Shown here one piece after another: positions 60,788 to 64,000 of a stretch of 64,000 nt of DNA (positions are counted from its first letter, which is position 1; each line of letters opens with the position of its first letter). The notes beneath the pieces were generated by a model, which saw nothing but the letters and a program-made list of their open reading frames with translations, did not search any database and was not told the origin of the DNA. Source of the DNA: Vitrella brassicaformis CCMP3155 (Eukaryota > Protista > Chromerida). The stretch covers positions 1 to 64,000 of the forward strand of contig CDMY01000267.1 in assembly GCA_001179505.1 (NCBI GenBank). Reading direction: 5' to 3'. The position numbers and the translations under genes were made by a program.

Positions 60788-63533
60788 TCACTTGGGCTTG
60801 CTGCCTCTCTGCGTGCGCCCCTTGCCCTTCTTCTCTCCCTTGCCCCCCTCCAGCAAGACTAGCTCCATCTTCATCGTGTTAATGAACCATTTCTTGTTTC
60901 TCGTCATGTCCATATACGCATCGGCCGCACACACAGACGACACCACATCGTAGGCCGACCCCACCTTCCATTCTGCCTCCCGAAGAAAAGCCTCGAGTGC
61001 ATAGTCACACCTGATGTATCGGATCGTGTCTGCGAGCGACTCTGTGCTGAGCTTCAGATCAACTCTGGCTTGTGCTGGCTTGATGGACATGAGAAGAGAC
61101 AGCACAGACCGAGCGCACCCCTTGCTGATCCGATGCTCATTCAACACGCACAGCGACTTGACGGAGGGGTAGGCTAGGCCAGGCACGCGCAGCGAGTTGA
61201 CGGGCACGTGGGATGAATCGGGCAGTCTGCCTGAGCCCCAAGACAGGCTGATGCGCAACTCGTCTAGCTCACGCGTATGCAGATATGACACACACTGCGA
61301 CACGGTGCGAACGCTGTGTGCCTTAAACCACACCTGACGCACCCCCGCCAGGCTGCCCAGCAGCTGCTCCAGCCTCGCAGCCTCAGCACCGGTCGGCATG
61401 GCGTTGTTCTGGGCACCGTCGTTGCCGGGATGGGCACCGTAGATTGATGCGTTGATGTAGAGGTGCTGGATGGCCGGGAGGTGTGTGTTGTTGCCGTTCT
61501 GGTCCTTGGCCACCAGCCACTCCGGGATGCTCTTGGGGAGCTGGCGGACGGGGGTGGTGTCGTCACTGGGGTGGATGGAGAGCTTGGTGGCCGCGAGAAA
61601 TGTCAGCAGCTGCCCCCACGTGTCGTGCAGGGGAGCACCGCCGTACACAAACTTGACCTGCGAGAAGGAACGGAAAAACGAACGAAGATGGCAGACGTGA
61701 GCCACGTTCTCAAGCGTTTGCTGCGTGTCTGCCTCTCTCCCTGCCCCTGCACTCCTCACTCACCGCATCGCATTTGTTCGTCAGGTCGGTGATGAGTCGG
61801 CCTACGGGTCCGTGCGGGGCCGGAGCCGTCGTCTCCGGGCCCTCCTTGCCGCAGTCGATGACGATGTCGTCATACTGCGGCGGGAAATCCGTGTCGTCGA
61901 TGGAGCGCTCGAATCGGTCATCTCCTCTGCACAACACACACACAACAGCCTGTGCCCGTCTCGCCTGCGCTTCATTTTCCCTGCAGGTCTCACTCACCGT
62001 GGCATCCACACGATTTGGCATTTGGTCTCCTCGGCCCAGGTGAGGAGGTCAGGGATGGCGAAGTTGTTGGGGCCGCTGCGGTCGGTCAGCTGGCGACTGA
62101 AGTCGGGGCCAAACGAGAAGCGATGGTGAATGGTGATGGTCTTGTCCACACCTGCATACCACAGATGACACATGCAGCAAAGAGTGCCTCCCTGTGTGGT
62201 GTTAATCTGCCCATCCCACCGACCAACCCACCTTTCATGTATTGGGTGCGCCAGTTGGTGTCGAGTGCCGTGGTGAGGCGGCCCAGCGGATCGTAGATGT
62301 ACTCAACGCGACTGACACAAGACAGGAGGAAAAGGGACACATTACTTCACGCCATACATGGAGCTTCCGGCCAGCTCACTCAGGTTCTCTGTAGTCCTTT
62401 TTGGGCGGAACGAGGTGGAGGCCGCTGATGCTCGTGAGCTTGGGGCAGCCGCGCAGCGAACTGACAACGACACACACGCACACACAAAGAGGCGAGAAAA
62501 GATGTGTGTGTGAACGAAAGCAGAGGCGCGCCAGTTTTTCACCTACCTTGTGAACGCCTGCCACTCGTCCCCCTCTGTGACATGGATGACGTCGGCCTTG
62601 ATGAAGGTGATCTTCGGCGACGCTGACACGATGTGGGTGACGGCCGGCAGGTGGGACACGCCGTAGACAAACATCTCGTCACACACCTTGCCCACGCTCA
62701 GCACCTCCAGACTCGGAAACCTCCACTTGCGATCCCTGACACGAAACACCAACACACACCACAACACACATTTGCATCTCTGCAGCCCCTCTCCCCCCCT
62801 TCTCCTTACTTGACTAGGTCTAGGTATCGTGTGTGGGTGAGGTGTAACTGCTGGGTCTTCTCAAACACCACCCGCTCCTTACCCCCCTCATCCACCCCCT
62901 CTCCCTCACCCTCACCGCCATTGCCTGTCCCCCTGATATGGCCGTATCGGTTGTCATGGCACCGGCGCGCCGGGTCGTCCACACGGATGCGCACGAGTGT
63001 GGCCTTGGACGCCTCGATGGACTCCACTGCAGCCGGCAGCACATCGTTGTAGCCGTCGGTCTCGATGAACGCCGTCTTGAGCTTACTCTGACCCACACAC
63101 AGATACAGAAAACCATCCATCCATGCCTATCCTCCTCCCACCCATCCGCCCACCCACCAGTCGTGTTTTGAGTGTGTCTGTGAGTTTGATCTTCTTCCAG
63201 TAGTTGTACTCCTCGTTCGAGATGGTGAGGTCACGGTAGAGGACGCCGTATGTGGCGTCGGTGGTCTTCTTGTGCAGCTGCTGGCACACGAGCGACAGCG
63301 GCTTGCGCTGGAGGGTGGTGAGGAAGTCGCCGACCTCATACACACACTCAGCCTCGAGGTGAGCCAAGCCAACGCCAACGACCTTATCCTGACACAGCAA
63401 CGAGAGATCATGTCCACAGCCCAGGCTGTTGTTTGTTGGTCCATGGCTCGCTTACCGATTTGTTTGCCATGTCGACATCCTCCTCGTCTGTCCGCGGCTG
63501 CTTCGCCTTCACATTGGCCTCAACACGCGACAT
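60788..63533 (-). CDS. Hypothetical F-box-like/LRR-like protein, probably of a lineage-expanded family
   Basis: MSRVEANVKAKQPRTDEEDVDMANKS|..GLAHLEAECVYEVGDFLTTLQRKPLSLVCQQLH (F-box-like spacing). LRR-like segments: FPSLEVLSV, LRGCPKLTSISGL, LPAIQHLYI, YPSVKSLCV. Long final exon ends GKGRTQRGSKPK*. Confidence 0.7.
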
Positions 63534-63758
63534 CTGTGCAGAGAGAGGGGGAGGAACAGACCGAATGGATGAATGGATTGATGAAATGGATGGATGGATG
63601 GATGTGACGAGGAATGCATCCTATCCCTCTCAGCGCACCTCAAAAATGCACACGAGAGATCCCGTTCGTGACACACCAAACAGCAGCAGCGGTTCAGGGA
63701 GCACCCTAGAAAATTGCGAGCCTGTAATTGTCTCAGCCCCCAACTTTGCTCTTTCAAA

Positions 63759-64000
63759 GCCTTCAGGAGAAGCGGTCTTCCTTTGATCAACAAGGAGGCG
63801 TCAGTATCGCTTCGCACGCCGTCCCGTGAGTCAGTCGCTGCTCGTCCGCTGCAGTGCGGTGTGCGTTGTGGAGGGCCTCTGCAGCTCAACACGTTGCTTA
63901 TTGGAGGGACAGCAGTTCACCCGTTGCTGGCAGGATGGTGCTGACACGCGCACAGGTGAGGAGGAGAGTCAGGAGCCGTGTACGGGAGGTGGGGGCGCCG
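63759..64000 (-). repeat. 240-bp element, copy 2 (may extend past the window end)
   Basis: Reverse complement of 36410-36650. Confidence 0.9.

Overview
Eukaryotic, intron-rich, GC-rich nuclear DNA. The gene content points to a photosynthetic alveolate, most likely the chromerid Vitrella brassicaformis (inference, not a database match): bipartite signal+transit peptides with an A|F cleavage motif, a red-lineage LHC, a C2-domain metacaspase, and an expanded ankyrin-like family. By manual splicing I reconstruct about 21 protein-coding genes. Named or classifiable genes: COX10, plastid FBPase, C2/CUE/CUE metacaspase, HIR-like SPFH protein, PRP3, SART1/SNU66, LHC, alpha/beta hydrolase, plastid RpiA, an EGF-domain type I membrane protein, two ankyrin-like proteins and an F-box-like protein. 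The rest are hypothetical. No rRNA, tRNA, CRISPR array or autonomous transposon was found. There are three 300-N gaps, each next to a G/C homopolymer. Most notable: (1) many introns carry (AC)n near the donor and (GT)n near the acceptor, so they are self-complementary; (2) a ~2.4 kb imperfect palindrome holds two head-to-head MGN- paralogs; (3) a dispersed module starts at the stop codons of unrelated genes; (4) a 240-bp element sits upstream of two unrelated genes 27 kb apart; (5) there are nine head-to-head gene pairs, eight with 230-400 bp spacers; (6) the metacaspase has an unusual domain architecture. Exon boundaries were derived by eye and need RNA-seq confirmation.
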